Assembly: GCA_035474135.1 (NCBI GenBank)
Contig: DATINP010000180.1
Span: forward strand, 20,599 to 84,598
Length of the DNA: 64,000 nucleotides
From: Chloroflexia bacterium
GTDB lineage: Bacteria > Chloroflexota > Chloroflexia > QHBQ01 > JADMIH01
Reading direction: 5' to 3'
Part shown: positions 29,514 through 39,149 of the stretch, piece after piece
Numbering within the stretch: position 1 is the first letter of the stretch
Layout: every line of letters begins with the position of its first letter
Notes under the pieces: model-generated
What the model saw: the letters and a program-made list of their open reading frames with translations, nothing else
Databases searched by the model: none
What the model was told of the DNA's origin: nothing
Program-made: the position numbers and the translations under genes

Positions 29514-30272
29514 CTAAAACCTCAGGTCCCATGAGCGCAATCGTTCGAGCAGGCGGTGATTGGTCATATCCATATGAATGGGCGTGACCGACACGTAGCC
29601 GTCGGCAATGGCAGCAACGTCGGTGCCCTTATCCCCTTCGCTTCGGATGATGCTGCCCCCTATCCAGTAGTAGGTCTTACCCCGCGGATCGACGCGCTTT
29701 ACAAGTTGATCGTCGTATATCCTGCGGCCCAGGGTCGTTACTTGCACGCCGTTGATCTCGTCGTGGGGTAGGTTGGGCAAGTTGATATTGAAGAGAATGT
29801 CGGTATCAATGCCGTGCTGGCTTATCTGATCGACAAAGCGCGTGATGAACTGTGCGCCCACGTCCACGGGCCAGATGGGGTCGATATCCATCGAGACCGC
29901 TATCGCTGGTATGCCCGATATGATTGCCTCCATGGCGGCGGCGACGGTGCCCGAATAGGTGATATCGTCGCCGAGGTTGTTGCCGTGGTTGATACCGGAG
30001 ATTACCAGTTCAGGCTTTTCCTCAAGGAAGCCGAGCACCGAGAGCGCCACACAGTCGGCGGGCGAGCCGTCCGTAGAATACGCCTTGTAGCCGTCGCCCA
30101 GGTTCACGTCGCTGATGCGGAGGGGACGGTCCATCGTGCGCGTATGGCCCGACACAGACCAGTTGCGGTCGGGCGCTATAACTGTCACCTCGTGCGTTGT
30201 TGTGAGCGTGTCGGCAAGCGCTTTCAGCCCTGTCGATTGTATGCCATCGTCGTTCGTTACCAGTATTCTCAT
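29514..30272 (-). CDS. surE: 5'/3'-nucleotidase SurE.
   Basis: [11 protein letters not shown] and GINHGNNLG motifs. 252 aa. Confidence 0.85.
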   Translation of the reverse strand: MRILVTNDDGIQSTGLKALADTLTTTHEVTVIAPDRNWSVSGHTRTMDRPLRISDVNLGDGYKAYSTDGSPADCVALSVLGFLEEKPELVISGINHGNNLGDDITYSGTVAAAMEAIISGIPAIAVSMDIDPIWPVDVGAQFITRFVDQISQHGIDTDILFNINLPNLPHDEINGVQVTTLGRRIYDDQLVKRVDPRGKTYYWIGGSIIRSEGDKGTDVAAIADGYVSVTPIHMDMTNHRLLERLRSWDLRF

Positions 30273-31816
30273 AGTCGCTTCCAGCGCATGCCCTGCGCGG
30301 TATCTTCAACCTCGATTCCGGCCTCACGCAGTTGGGCGCGAAGCGAGTCCGATCGCGCCCAGTCTTTGGCGGCGCGCGCCTCTTGCCTCGCGTCGAATAG
30401 AGCCTGCAGGTCGGCGGGTAGTGTCTCTTCCAAGCGCTGGCGCGCAGTCTCCTCCAGGCGTAGGCCAAGCACCCGGTCCCAGTCAAAGAGCGTGGGGAGG
30501 GCAGCCGCTTGTTCGCCGCGCCTGTTGGCCTCGCTGATTAGCTCGTGCACGGCGGCCAGAGCGCCCGGCATATTCAGGTCGTCGTTGATTGATGCGAGGA
30601 ATCTGTCCTTGTACTCCTGCTGCCAACCTGCCGCGCTGCCACCCGCGTTCTGTGCGTCGCCGGACGCCCGCAAGGTGTTGGTGACGAAGTCGTAGAGGCC
30701 TTCGAGAGCATTCGCGGCCCCTTGCATGGACTCATAAGTGAAGTTGAGTTGGGCGCGGTACTTGCCGCTAAGGCAGAAATAGCGGAAGGCGAGGGGAGCG
30801 AAGCCCCTGTCGACCAGGTTCTGCACGGTGAGGAAGCCGCCACCGCCCGTGTTGAGCGGCTCGATGCCTTCGCCCATGTCCTTTTTGCCGTCAGGGGTGG
30901 CCGCGCCCTTGCTCTTGCTCATCTTGCCCGAGTTGATCAGCAAGAACTCGGAGTGCATCCAGTAGTGTACGAACTGTTTGCCTGTGCAGCCCTCGGACTG
31001 CGCGATCTCGTTCTCATGGTGTATCGGTATGTGATCAACCCCGCCGCAGTGTATGTCAAAGGTCTCGCCCAGGTATTTCATGGACATAGCCGAGCACTCG
31101 ATATGCCAGCCGGGGAAACCCTGTCCCCAGGGCGAGGGCCACTGCATGGCATGAGTGGCGTCGGCTCGTTTCCAGAGGGCGAAGTCGGCAGGATTGTGCT
31201 TTTCGGTATTCACTTCTACGCGCGCCCCGGCCTCCTGCTCGTCCAGGCTCTGGCGCGACAACTCGCCATACTTGGGGAAGGTGGCCACGTCGTAATAAAC
31301 GCCGTCTGAGATAACGTAGGCGTGACCTTTGTCGATCAGGCACTGGATCAGGTCGATCATGTCCTGGATGTGGTCGGTGGCAGGGGTGAGTATGTTGGCG
31401 CGGTCGATGTTGAGTCGTTCCAAGTCGTTGAGGAATGCATCGGTGTAAAAGCGCGCGATCTCCCAGACCGTTTTGCCCTCGCGACGCATGGCCTTGATCA
31501 TCTTATCTTCGCCCTCGTCGGCGTCGGAGGTGAGATGGCCTACATCGGTGATATTCATTACGTGCTCGACATCGTACCCGTTGTAGCGAAGCATACGAGC
31601 TAATGTGTCCTCGAAAATGAAGGTCTTGAAGTTGCCGATGTGCTGGAAATTGTAGACCGTGGGGCCGCAGGTATAGAGGCCCGCCTTGCCAGCCGTTATG
31701 GGTACAAACTCATCCTTTTCACGGGTGAGCGTGTTATAAAGTAGTATCTTATCTTGCGATTCCGCCAATGCTCGCCTCCCAATATTTCCGTAATGTCTTG
31801 AGATTGATCCTATCAT
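30269..31816 (-). CDS. cysS: Cysteinyl-tRNA synthetase.
   Basis: HIGN (HIGH-type) motif, KMSKS motif, and zinc-binding Cys/His residues (CGPT, HIEC). The true start is probably internal to the listed ORF. Confidence 0.9.
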   Translation of the reverse strand: MIGSISRHYGNIGRRALAESQDKILLYNTLTREKDEFVPITAGKAGLYTCGPTVYNFQHIGNFKTFIFEDTLARMLRYNGYDVEHVMNITDVGHLTSDADEGEDKMIKAMRREGKTVWEIARFYTDAFLNDLERLNIDRANILTPATDHIQDMIDLIQCLIDKGHAYVISDGVYYDVATFPKYGELSRQSLDEQEAGARVEVNTEKHNPADFALWKRADATHAMQWPSPWGQGFPGWHIECSAMSMKYLGETFDIHCGGVDHIPIHHENEIAQSEGCTGKQFVHYWMHSEFLLINSGKMSKSKGAATPDGKKDMGEGIEPLNTGGGGFLTVQNLVDRGFAPLAFRYFCLSGKYRAQLNFTYESMQGAANALEGLYDFVTNTLRASGDAQNAGGSAAGWQQEYKDRFLASINDDLNMPGALAAVHELISEANRRGEQAAALPTLFDWDRVLGLRLEETARQRLEETLPADLQALFDARQEARAAKDWARSDSLRAQLREAGIEVEDTAQGMRWKRL

Positions 31817-31860
31817 TCATTATACTCTAAGCGACGAGAGCGTAAGCAAGGAGCCATTCT

Positions 31861-32367
31861 ATGCCCCATGTTGATCTGACCCCGCGTCCTGATGATTCCG
31901 CCAAGATGCCTATGCCTGAGTCTCTCAGGCCCAGTGGAGCGCTTGAAGGACCCTATCAGTATACAGTGGCTTCTGAGCGTCCGACCGGCGTTGCCGTGAT
32001 CGCGTTTATCAGCTTTTTCATCGGGTTGTTGCTGATGATCGGGGACGCCGGGTTATATTTCGAACCTTCCGGCTCGGGTGACCGCGCCTACTGGCTGATA
32101 TTGCCGATACTACTTGCGTACGTCATCTCGCTAGGTGCTTGGCAGATGTACCCCTGGGCACGCATGACGGCTATCGTAGTTTATTCGTTCGTGTCGTTGG
32201 CTGCTCTGTTCGGCGCATTTTTGACTCCCTTTACTCTCGGCACGGTCCTTGCGATCCTTGTACCGGCGTTGATAGTTTTGTATCTATTCAAGAAACCGGT
32301 CCGCGAGGCGTTTGAGCGTAAACTGCCGCTTCGTGATTTCCCCGAAGGCACGGATATTAGCCCATGA
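31861..32367 (+). CDS. Small integral membrane protein, hypothetical.
   Basis: Four hydrophobic segments and no recognisable motif. Confidence 0.35.
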   Translation: MPHVDLTPRPDDSAKMPMPESLRPSGALEGPYQYTVASERPTGVAVIAFISFFIGLLLMIGDAGLYFEPSGSGDRAYWLILPILLAYVISLGAWQMYPWARMTAIVVYSFVSLAALFGAFLTPFTLGTVLAILVPALIVLYLFKKPVREAFERKLPLRDFPEGTDISP

Positions 32368-34529
32368 CCGCCCGCAGGCGCACCGACACCGAACCACCTA
32401 TACCGGCTGAAGACGAGGCAGAGTCTGCGCCCCAGGCCGAGCAAACCTATGGCGGCCTTGGTACTATGATTGCCCGTGAGGTGGCGATTCAGGCCCGGCG
32501 CGACCGGGCGCGGCGCGAGTTCTTTCGCATTGAACACGCCTCGTCCACTATTCCCTGTAAGCCGGAAAGCAAGTTCCTCGGCTTGTACCGCGTGACGGGC
32601 GACAGCAACATTGTCTACGACGTGCTTATGCGCGATCCCAGCCATGACCACTTCGTGAACCGCTGTTCGTGCCCCGACTATGAGCAGGCCAATCTTGGAA
32701 CGTGCAAGCATGTCGAGGCGGTGATCTACCACATCCGCAGGAAGCACGCCTCTCAGATTAAGGCTACCAAACCCCGCCTGCTTGAAATCAACCGCCTTAC
32801 CGTGTATATCACTCTGCGCTACGCAGGCGATGCCGGTTGGACGGCGGCCCCGGTGTATGACCACGCGCTTGATCCCGGCCTGTTGCGCCTGGTGAACCAC
32901 TACCTGATGCCCTACTTGCACCTGCTGGAAGCAGACCCGCCGCTATTCCTCAAGCGGCTCGACCACTTCCTGCGCGAGGTCGAGGACTTCGGCGGTACCG
33001 CAGTGGTCGAACCCGAGGTGTACGACTACGCCAACACCTCCAAGGGTCGCCTGGAGCGCGACGAACGCCGGCGCACGCTTATCTCTGCGGTCGAAGCCGG
33101 ACAAGCACGCCTGGACCTGCTCAACCTGCCTCTGTACCCCTACCAGGCCGTGGGCACGCTGTTCCTGGCGTTTACCGAGCGTGCCTTGCTGGCTGACGAC
33201 ATGGGCCTGGGCAAGACCATAGAAGCGTTAGCGGCAGCACACTTGCTCAAAGAGTGGCACGGCATCAAGAAGGTGCTAATTGTCACGCCTGCATCGGTCA
33301 AGCATCAGTGGGGACGCGAGATCGAGCGATTTACGGGCGACAGCTATGTGGTGGTAGGCGGTACGAAGGCCAAACGCGCCAACCAATACGAACAGGACGC
33401 CTTTTTCACAGTCCTCAACTACGAACTGGTGCTGCGCGACCTCGACCACCTGTACGCCCTGAAGCCCGACCTCGTGATACTGGACGAGGCGCAGCGTATT
33501 AAGAACTGGCGCGCAAAGACGAGCCAGGCGCTGAAGGAATTGCCTCGGCCATTCGCATTCGTGCTCTCGGGCACACCTCTCGAAAATCGACTGGAGGAGC
33601 TTTACTCGATTGTCGAGTTTCTGGACGACCGTTTACTTGGCCCTCCCTGGCAGTTCATGGCACGCCACGTTATCAAGGATGAGTGGGGAGGCATTGTCGG
33701 CTACAAAGACCTGGCGGGTGTGCGCCGCGCCATTGCGCCCATCCTGTTGCGCCGCCGAAAGGCCGATGTTCTACAGGACCTCCCGGAACGCATTGATAAC
33801 GACTTCTGGCTTGAATTGGAGACCGAGCAGGAGCGCGTGTACAGACCATTACAGCGGGCGATGGACGACTTATTGCGGCTGCCCGAATGGGGTCCTTCAG
33901 AAAGCGCTGCTGTGCTTGCTCTTGTCACCAAACTGCGCGAGTGCGCCACCGCGGCGCAACTTGCCGATCCCTCGGTTCATTCGTCCAGCAAGCTGCGCGA
34001 ACTGCCCAAACTGGTCGCTGAGATCGCATCTGAAGGCCACAAGATGCTGATCTTTTCGCAGTGGGAGAGGATGACGCGCTATGCACAGGATGTGCTGACC
34101 GCGGCGGGATGGAAGTCGGTGCGTCTGCATGGTGGGCTATCTATGCGCGAGCGTACCCGTATCATCGACAGGTTCATGAACGATCCTGACGTGCACGCGT
34201 TTATTTCGACCGATGCGGGTGGGTTGGGCCTGAACCTGCAAGTCGCGTCGTTCGTGATCAACCTCGATTTGCCCTGGAACCCTGCGCGAGTAGAGCAGAG
34301 GATTGGTAGGGCGCACCGTATCGGTCAGACTCAGCCCGTAAACGTGATAAATATGATCGCGCTCAACACGATCGAACAGCGTGTGCTCGATGTGTTGTAT
34401 CGTAAGCAGGAGTTGTTCGACGAACTGCTCGATGTAGACCTCGATCCGGAAACGGGCACGCTCATAACCGACGTAGCGTTGCCAACCGAGCGCTTGCGGC
34501 ATATAGTGGAACTGCTAATGGCACGCTAA
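32364..34529 (+). CDS. SNF2-family helicase/ATPase with an N-terminal SWIM zinc finger.
   Basis: SWIM motif CSCPDY...CKH. SNF2 motifs DDMGLGKT (I), DEAQRIKN (II) and helicase C-terminal motifs (QRIGRAHRIGQ). Confidence 0.8.
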   Translation: MTARRRTDTEPPIPAEDEAESAPQAEQTYGGLGTMIAREVAIQARRDRARREFFRIEHASSTIPCKPESKFLGLYRVTGDSNIVYDVLMRDPSHDHFVNRCSCPDYEQANLGTCKHVEAVIYHIRRKHASQIKATKPRLLEINRLTVYITLRYAGDAGWTAAPVYDHALDPGLLRLVNHYLMPYLHLLEADPPLFLKRLDHFLREVEDFGGTAVVEPEVYDYANTSKGRLERDERRRTLISAVEAGQARLDLLNLPLYPYQAVGTLFLAFTERALLADDMGLGKTIEALAAAHLLKEWHGIKKVLIVTPASVKHQWGREIERFTGDSYVVVGGTKAKRANQYEQDAFFTVLNYELVLRDLDHLYALKPDLVILDEAQRIKNWRAKTSQALKELPRPFAFVLSGTPLENRLEELYSIVEFLDDRLLGPPWQFMARHVIKDEWGGIVGYKDLAGVRRAIAPILLRRRKADVLQDLPERIDNDFWLELETEQERVYRPLQRAMDDLLRLPEWGPSESAAVLALVTKLRECATAAQLADPSVHSSSKLRELPKLVAEIASEGHKMLIFSQWERMTRYAQDVLTAAGWKSVRLHGGLSMRERTRIIDRFMNDPDVHAFISTDAGGLGLNLQVASFVINLDLPWNPARVEQRIGRAHRIGQTQPVNVINMIALNTIEQRVLDVLYRKQELFDELLDVDLDPETGTLITDVALPTERLRHIVELLMAR

Positions 34530-34544
34530 AGGAGGGGGTAACAA

Positions 34545-35159
34545 ATGCCCCGGTGGTCTCTAAAACGACTTTTTACGCGCCCGGACGGCGGGCATGACGA
34601 AGCTGAGGATGTCGAGACGTCCGACGTGGGCACCTCACCTGAGGATGACATAGCGAGCGACCTCTCCGTGGACGATGGCGGGCCTGTCAGCCCGCTTGCT
34701 ATGATGGACGAAAGCCGCCCCGAGTCCTGGCTAGGCAACTTCCTGACCATCATTGGCGCGCCGCCCGCCCTTCAGTACAACACGCTTGATGCGGCGCGGC
34801 GCGATGACCGGTTGCTAGCCCACTTGCAGGAAGTGCGCGCCGCCGCTTCGCATGATGATCCCGCACGCTTGCTCGATCCTGCCGGTGCCGCTGCCCTCAA
34901 GGCGCGCGACTGGGGAGCATGGTGGCGGGGCCAGGAGTCGATTGGTCGCTACGCTTACTCAACGTTAGCGCTGGCGATGCTGGGTGATCGCACGCATGTC
35001 GCCGACCTGGTGGCTCTCTACAGGCAAGAGGACAACACTCGCATCAGGAAGGACGCCCACTACGTAATTTGCTTCCTACTAGACAAACAGTGGCCCTCCT
35101 ATGTACCTACCGCCAGTGACCTTGAGAAACTTGCGGAACCATCGTCATATGACGCCTAG
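34545..35159 (+). CDS. Hypothetical protein encoded 16 nt downstream of the SNF2 helicase.
   Basis: Acidic N-terminal region. There is no recognisable domain. Confidence 0.35.
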   Translation: MPRWSLKRLFTRPDGGHDEAEDVETSDVGTSPEDDIASDLSVDDGGPVSPLAMMDESRPESWLGNFLTIIGAPPALQYNTLDAARRDDRLLAHLQEVRAAASHDDPARLLDPAGAAALKARDWGAWWRGQESIGRYAYSTLALAMLGDRTHVADLVALYRQEDNTRIRKDAHYVICFLLDKQWPSYVPTASDLEKLAEPSSYDA

Positions 35160-35188
35160 CCCAGCCGTAAACCCGGAGGATTCTGCTC

Positions 35189-35542
35189 GTGAAAATAAAT
35201 CATCTCAACCTCACTGTCACTGATGTACAGGCGGCGAAGGCGTTTCTGACAAACTACTTCGGGCTTAGGAGCGGCGAGCAAGGGCAGGGCAGGAAGGGCT
35301 TCGCGCTGCTGTTTGACGACGAGGGGCTTGTGCTGACTATGATGAAATCTGCTCCCGCGGCAGGTGTGACTTACCCACCAACTTTCCATATTGGCTTCAT
35401 CCAGCCGAGCGAAGAACACGTAAACGAAATCTACAGGCGCCTGAAGGAAGATGGGTTCGAGGTAGAGCCGCCTGAGCATCACCATGCCTGGACATTCTAC
35501 GTGCGCGCGCCCGGCGGGTTTCTGGTCGAGGTCCTGGCTTGA
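35189..35542 (+). CDS. VOC family protein (glyoxalase / bleomycin-resistance fold).
   Basis: MKINHLNLTVTDV N-terminal beta-strand and HIGF / HHHAWTFYVRAPGG metal-ligand-like positions. 117 aa. Confidence 0.65.
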   Translation: MKINHLNLTVTDVQAAKAFLTNYFGLRSGEQGQGRKGFALLFDDEGLVLTMMKSAPAAGVTYPPTFHIGFIQPSEEHVNEIYRRLKEDGFEVEPPEHHHAWTFYVRAPGGFLVEVLA

Positions 35543-35596
35543 CACTCATTTGCCGGCTGTGACCGCCTCCCTCCATTCGACATCTTACGCCGCGGC

Positions 35597-37630
35597 TTAA
35601 GGCTCGCCCGGTTGCACGGTCACTGTGTAGCCCGCGGTTTCCGTAGTCTTGGGGGCGAGGGCCGAGATCACAAGGATGGCTTCGCGCGTTGCGCTGTCTC
35701 CACCAAGTCCATCCAGAGTGAGGGTACCTGTGCCGTCGCTCGCCACATCCATCGCCCGCACACGGTTTTGCCCGCCTTGCCCCTTCTCGATCAGCGCTAC
35801 GAACCACTTTTCCGGCAGTTGGTTACCGATCCTGATCCAGCCTGCGCCCTGCCAACCGCCCGCGTCCGTCTCTGCGTTGTCGTGCCAGCCGATTTCGGGC
35901 ACACGCAGGTCGTCAATTGCCATTCCCGGCCTGTTGTAGCCCTCGTCGGTGATATATTCGAACCGGACCTGGACGCGTGTCCCTGCGTACCTGCTCAGGT
36001 CAACCGACTCATCAACCCACACGGGCTTGCCGTTGCTGGTACCGGTCGGCGATGAACCGCTTACCCCTGTCCAGGAGGGGCCGAACCTGTTGCCGTTCGG
36101 GTTGTCGTCAGTAGTGTATTTACCCTGAAGTGGGTACCAATTGGCGCCACCGTCGGGGGATGCCTCGATGTAGGCATAGTCGAACATCGCCTCTATGTCG
36201 AACCAGGCGGTGAACCGGAGCGTTGCATGGTCCACATTGGTGAGGTCGAATTCGCGGGTAAGTGTGGAATCGCCCGAGTCTCGCCTGTTCGAGTACCAGA
36301 ACGCCTCGCCCTGTGGCACGGCATTTATCACATTTACTGTGTTGTTACCTTTGAAACTGATCGTCGCGCTCACAACGTTGCCGCTAAGGCGAATATAGTC
36401 CGTGCCGTACTGGTGCACCGTCTCGCTGCGGGTGGCCGGGTAGGTGTCCATCATGCGCGTGGCCGCTACCCGCCCTCCTTCAGAGTAACTATATCGCCCG
36501 CCGTCGAGCTTGCTATCGTTCAGCACATTGGCAATCGTCCAGTCCTTGAACGCGCCATCGAAGCCGCCCGAGTATCCCAGGCCGGACAGCGCCTCGTCAA
36601 AACCGGCCGTACCCAGCCTATCGCTTTGTAGCAGGCCGGTCAGGACGCGCTCGTCTCCAAACCTGTCCATGAGATACCGCAGGAACAGGTAGCTCGCTCC
36701 ATAGTGGGGTAGAGCATTGACTGTATCGTCCCAGGCATTAAGTTGCGTGTCGGGCAGCATAACGAAAGCCGTATCAACGCCGGCCGGGTTGTAGCCATTC
36801 AGGTACATCGCCACTTCCGAGGCGCCCTCGTCCAGCCATACCTCGCGGTTGCGATGCACATTCCAGTGAATCATGTGCTGGAACTCGTGGGCGAGAGTGG
36901 CCATGAAATAGTTGTCTGGACTTGCCGGATCGCCCTGCGGCACGCTGGCCAGATAGATCATGTCGCGTTCATTGCTGTATGGATTGACGCTCTTGGGGTA
37001 GGCGTCGGCGTTCGAGAAGTAGCCCCCCACTCCAGGCACCGGCGCCAGCAAAATCGTAATGTGGGAGTCATTGTCCACGCCCGGCTCGACCTCTGAGCCG
37101 AACATTTCGTGGTTGGTAGGGTAGATATTAGCCTCAAAATATTGTGCAGCGGCGTCCAAAGCGGGTCGATTCACATTGTACCGGTCTTTGACGTACCAGT
37201 ACGCATGCGGAGTCACGAACCAGATCGTGGCCGTTGTCGTAAAATATTCCCGCTTCGCAACATCGGCGATATAGAACGTATGGCTGTCACCGACCCGGTA
37301 GTTCGGCGGCGAGGTGTTTACGATGGGCGATATTGGCATGTTGCTATGCAGTTTAAGCTTTTCGGTGAGCGCGATGAGATCGCGCCCCGGCGCGTCTGTC
37401 GCTGTCAGTACCGCAGCGGTCCTGCTTATCGTCACAGTAGACGAATCATCTCCTCCAAGTCCCGACGAGAGCGGCGCGGCCAGCCCGGTGTAGCTTTCCT
37501 CGCCATTGGTCGGGTCGGCGCTGCGCGGCCTGCTGCTCGCAGCTACGAGCGCAAAAAGCAAGGCACAAAATAACAAAACAGCCGCGATAGAGTTCGACCT
37601 GTACATAGGCATTATTATAGCAGGAACCAC
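35597..37630 (-). CDS. Secreted zinc metallopeptidase (HEXXH gluzincin, M6/InhA-like).
   Basis: Signal peptide. TLAHEFQHMIHW is followed by WLDEGASE. 677 aa. Confidence 0.55.
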   Translation of the reverse strand: MVPAIIMPMYRSNSIAAVLLFCALLFALVAASSRPRSADPTNGEESYTGLAAPLSSGLGGDDSSTVTISRTAAVLTATDAPGRDLIALTEKLKLHSNMPISPIVNTSPPNYRVGDSHTFYIADVAKREYFTTTATIWFVTPHAYWYVKDRYNVNRPALDAAAQYFEANIYPTNHEMFGSEVEPGVDNDSHITILLAPVPGVGGYFSNADAYPKSVNPYSNERDMIYLASVPQGDPASPDNYFMATLAHEFQHMIHWNVHRNREVWLDEGASEVAMYLNGYNPAGVDTAFVMLPDTQLNAWDDTVNALPHYGASYLFLRYLMDRFGDERVLTGLLQSDRLGTAGFDEALSGLGYSGGFDGAFKDWTIANVLNDSKLDGGRYSYSEGGRVAATRMMDTYPATRSETVHQYGTDYIRLSGNVVSATISFKGNNTVNVINAVPQGEAFWYSNRRDSGDSTLTREFDLTNVDHATLRFTAWFDIEAMFDYAYIEASPDGGANWYPLQGKYTTDDNPNGNRFGPSWTGVSGSSPTGTSNGKPVWVDESVDLSRYAGTRVQVRFEYITDEGYNRPGMAIDDLRVPEIGWHDNAETDAGGWQGAGWIRIGNQLPEKWFVALIEKGQGGQNRVRAMDVASDGTGTLTLDGLGGDSATREAILVISALAPKTTETAGYTVTVQPGEP

Positions 37631-37690
37631 GGGTGAATCTTATCTATCTCTTCCGCGGGCTATGATATAATAAGGCGCGCGACTGGCCCT

Positions 37691-39061
37691 ATGCCGCGCC
37701 TGTATGACTTTCTATTTGGGAGGGTAACGCTAATGACAGGCAATCTCTCTACCGACATTCTGGTGATTTATCTGCCCGCTGTTCTCGCGGTCGTTATGGG
37801 CATACTCGGCATATTGCGCGGGACGAAACGCGAGGTGATTGTTTCAGGCGCGATCGTGCTCGCGTCGCTGATCACTCTCGTATGGGGCGCACCCTGGGCT
37901 ACAGATATTCACGATATGCTAACTAGCATATCGGCGGCCGATATTCGCAACGTGCTTGTCTATGTGCTGATGGTGTTGACGGTGCTGGTCATCGGCTATT
38001 TGCTGGGGAGCGCCATCGTGTCCCGTACCCGCATCAGCCCGCTGTCGCGCTTTGGCGGACTCCTGATCGGTATTCTGAATGGATTGGCAATAGGTGGCTA
38101 TTTCATAAGGAGCCAGTATGAGTCGGCTCAACTGGACCCCACAGGCTCTAATGTGGATTTGATCAATACGATTACTACGAACACTGTATCGCGATCATTA
38201 TGGGTTTGGTCGAACTGGTTCCCCCTCGCCGTCGCCATAATAGCGGCAATCGTGGCTATCATAGGCCCGTTCCGCCGCGCCCAGACTGCCGTTGCCACCC
38301 CCGCTGCGGACACGAACTGGGGTCCTTCCGCAGCACCTTCGGTGGGCGCGCAGGGCGCCGGGGTTGCACCGCTTGCGTCGCCTGGCCCGGCCGCCTACAC
38401 GACCGGCTACGGGCAGGGCTTTACGAATCAGTACCCACAGCAACCGACCCAACCGCAGGGCCAGCAGCAGTACGGGCAACCAGCGCCGCCGGCCTTTGGT
38501 GGCGCGAGCTACTCGCCTTCCAATTCACTCCCCACGTCGCCTGCGCGGGTACAGGATGCACCGCCTACGATGCCAATGCCTGCCAGCGCGATGCCCCGCT
38601 CGGCGCCGGAAGGCGGGCAGGGCACAACTTACTTTGGCACCGGCGGCTCGACTTCGCCTGCCTCCACCTCTGGCCCGTCAACACCCGCTGGCACGTCACC
38701 TGACTGGTCAACCTACGGCAGTGAGCCGTCATGGTTGACCGCCCCATCGTCCACGCCTTCTTCCGCCCAACTGCCGACCGAAACCCTGTCCGCAAAACAG
38801 CCCACGCCCACCAACTCAACCCCGGCCGTAGACAGTTCACTGGTGGCACGCTCGGAGGCCCCAACCCAGTCACAGCCCGTAATTGACGCATCAGCGGATT
38901 CTATGACCCCGCCCAACACGTCTACAACATCAGACAGCACTACACTCTCCAACAAGGCTGGTGGGCCAAGCACGGGCCCGCTCAATTGCCCACGCTGCGG
39001 CGCCGCCGTTCCTGGCGATGCAACTTTCTGTACCGAATGCGGCAACAAACTTAGATCTTAG
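37691..39061 (+). CDS. Protein with a CvpA-like membrane domain, a Pro/Gln/Thr-rich low-complexity region and a C-terminal zinc ribbon.
   Basis: N-terminal four-TM region resembling colicin V production protein. C-terminal CPRCG...CTECGNKL. Confidence 0.45.
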   Translation: MPRLYDFLFGRVTLMTGNLSTDILVIYLPAVLAVVMGILGILRGTKREVIVSGAIVLASLITLVWGAPWATDIHDMLTSISAADIRNVLVYVLMVLTVLVIGYLLGSAIVSRTRISPLSRFGGLLIGILNGLAIGGYFIRSQYESAQLDPTGSNVDLINTITTNTVSRSLWVWSNWFPLAVAIIAAIVAIIGPFRRAQTAVATPAADTNWGPSAAPSVGAQGAGVAPLASPGPAAYTTGYGQGFTNQYPQQPTQPQGQQQYGQPAPPAFGGASYSPSNSLPTSPARVQDAPPTMPMPASAMPRSAPEGGQGTTYFGTGGSTSPASTSGPSTPAGTSPDWSTYGSEPSWLTAPSSTPSSAQLPTETLSAKQPTPTNSTPAVDSSLVARSEAPTQSQPVIDASADSMTPPNTSTTSDSTTLSNKAGGPSTGPLNCPRCGAAVPGDATFCTECGNKLRS

Positions 39062-39079
39062 ATCTTAGATCTTAGATCA
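39049..39079. repeat. Tandem heptamer (CTTAGAT)x4 containing reiterated AGATCT palindromes. A 12-bp repeat (gacttacgatcta)x2 follows at 39103-39130.
   Basis: cttagatcttagatcttagatcttagatc overlaps the last codons of the preceding gene. Confidence 0.7.
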
Positions 39080-39149
39080 TAAGTCGTTGCCTAATGCCGG
39101 AGTGACTTACGATCTAAGACTTACGATCTACGACTCGGGAGTAGGACAG

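Noticed and set aside
30296-30312. tcgattcc T-loop-like motif considered as a possible tRNA.
   Set aside because: It lies inside the cysS/surE coding junction. It lacks the GGT prefix and an acceptor/anticodon structure. No tRNA could be built anywhere in the window.
39049-39140. Short tandem repeats considered as a CRISPR array.
   Set aside because: Units are 7-12 bp with no spacers of 25-40 bp, and there are no cas genes. This is not a CRISPR.
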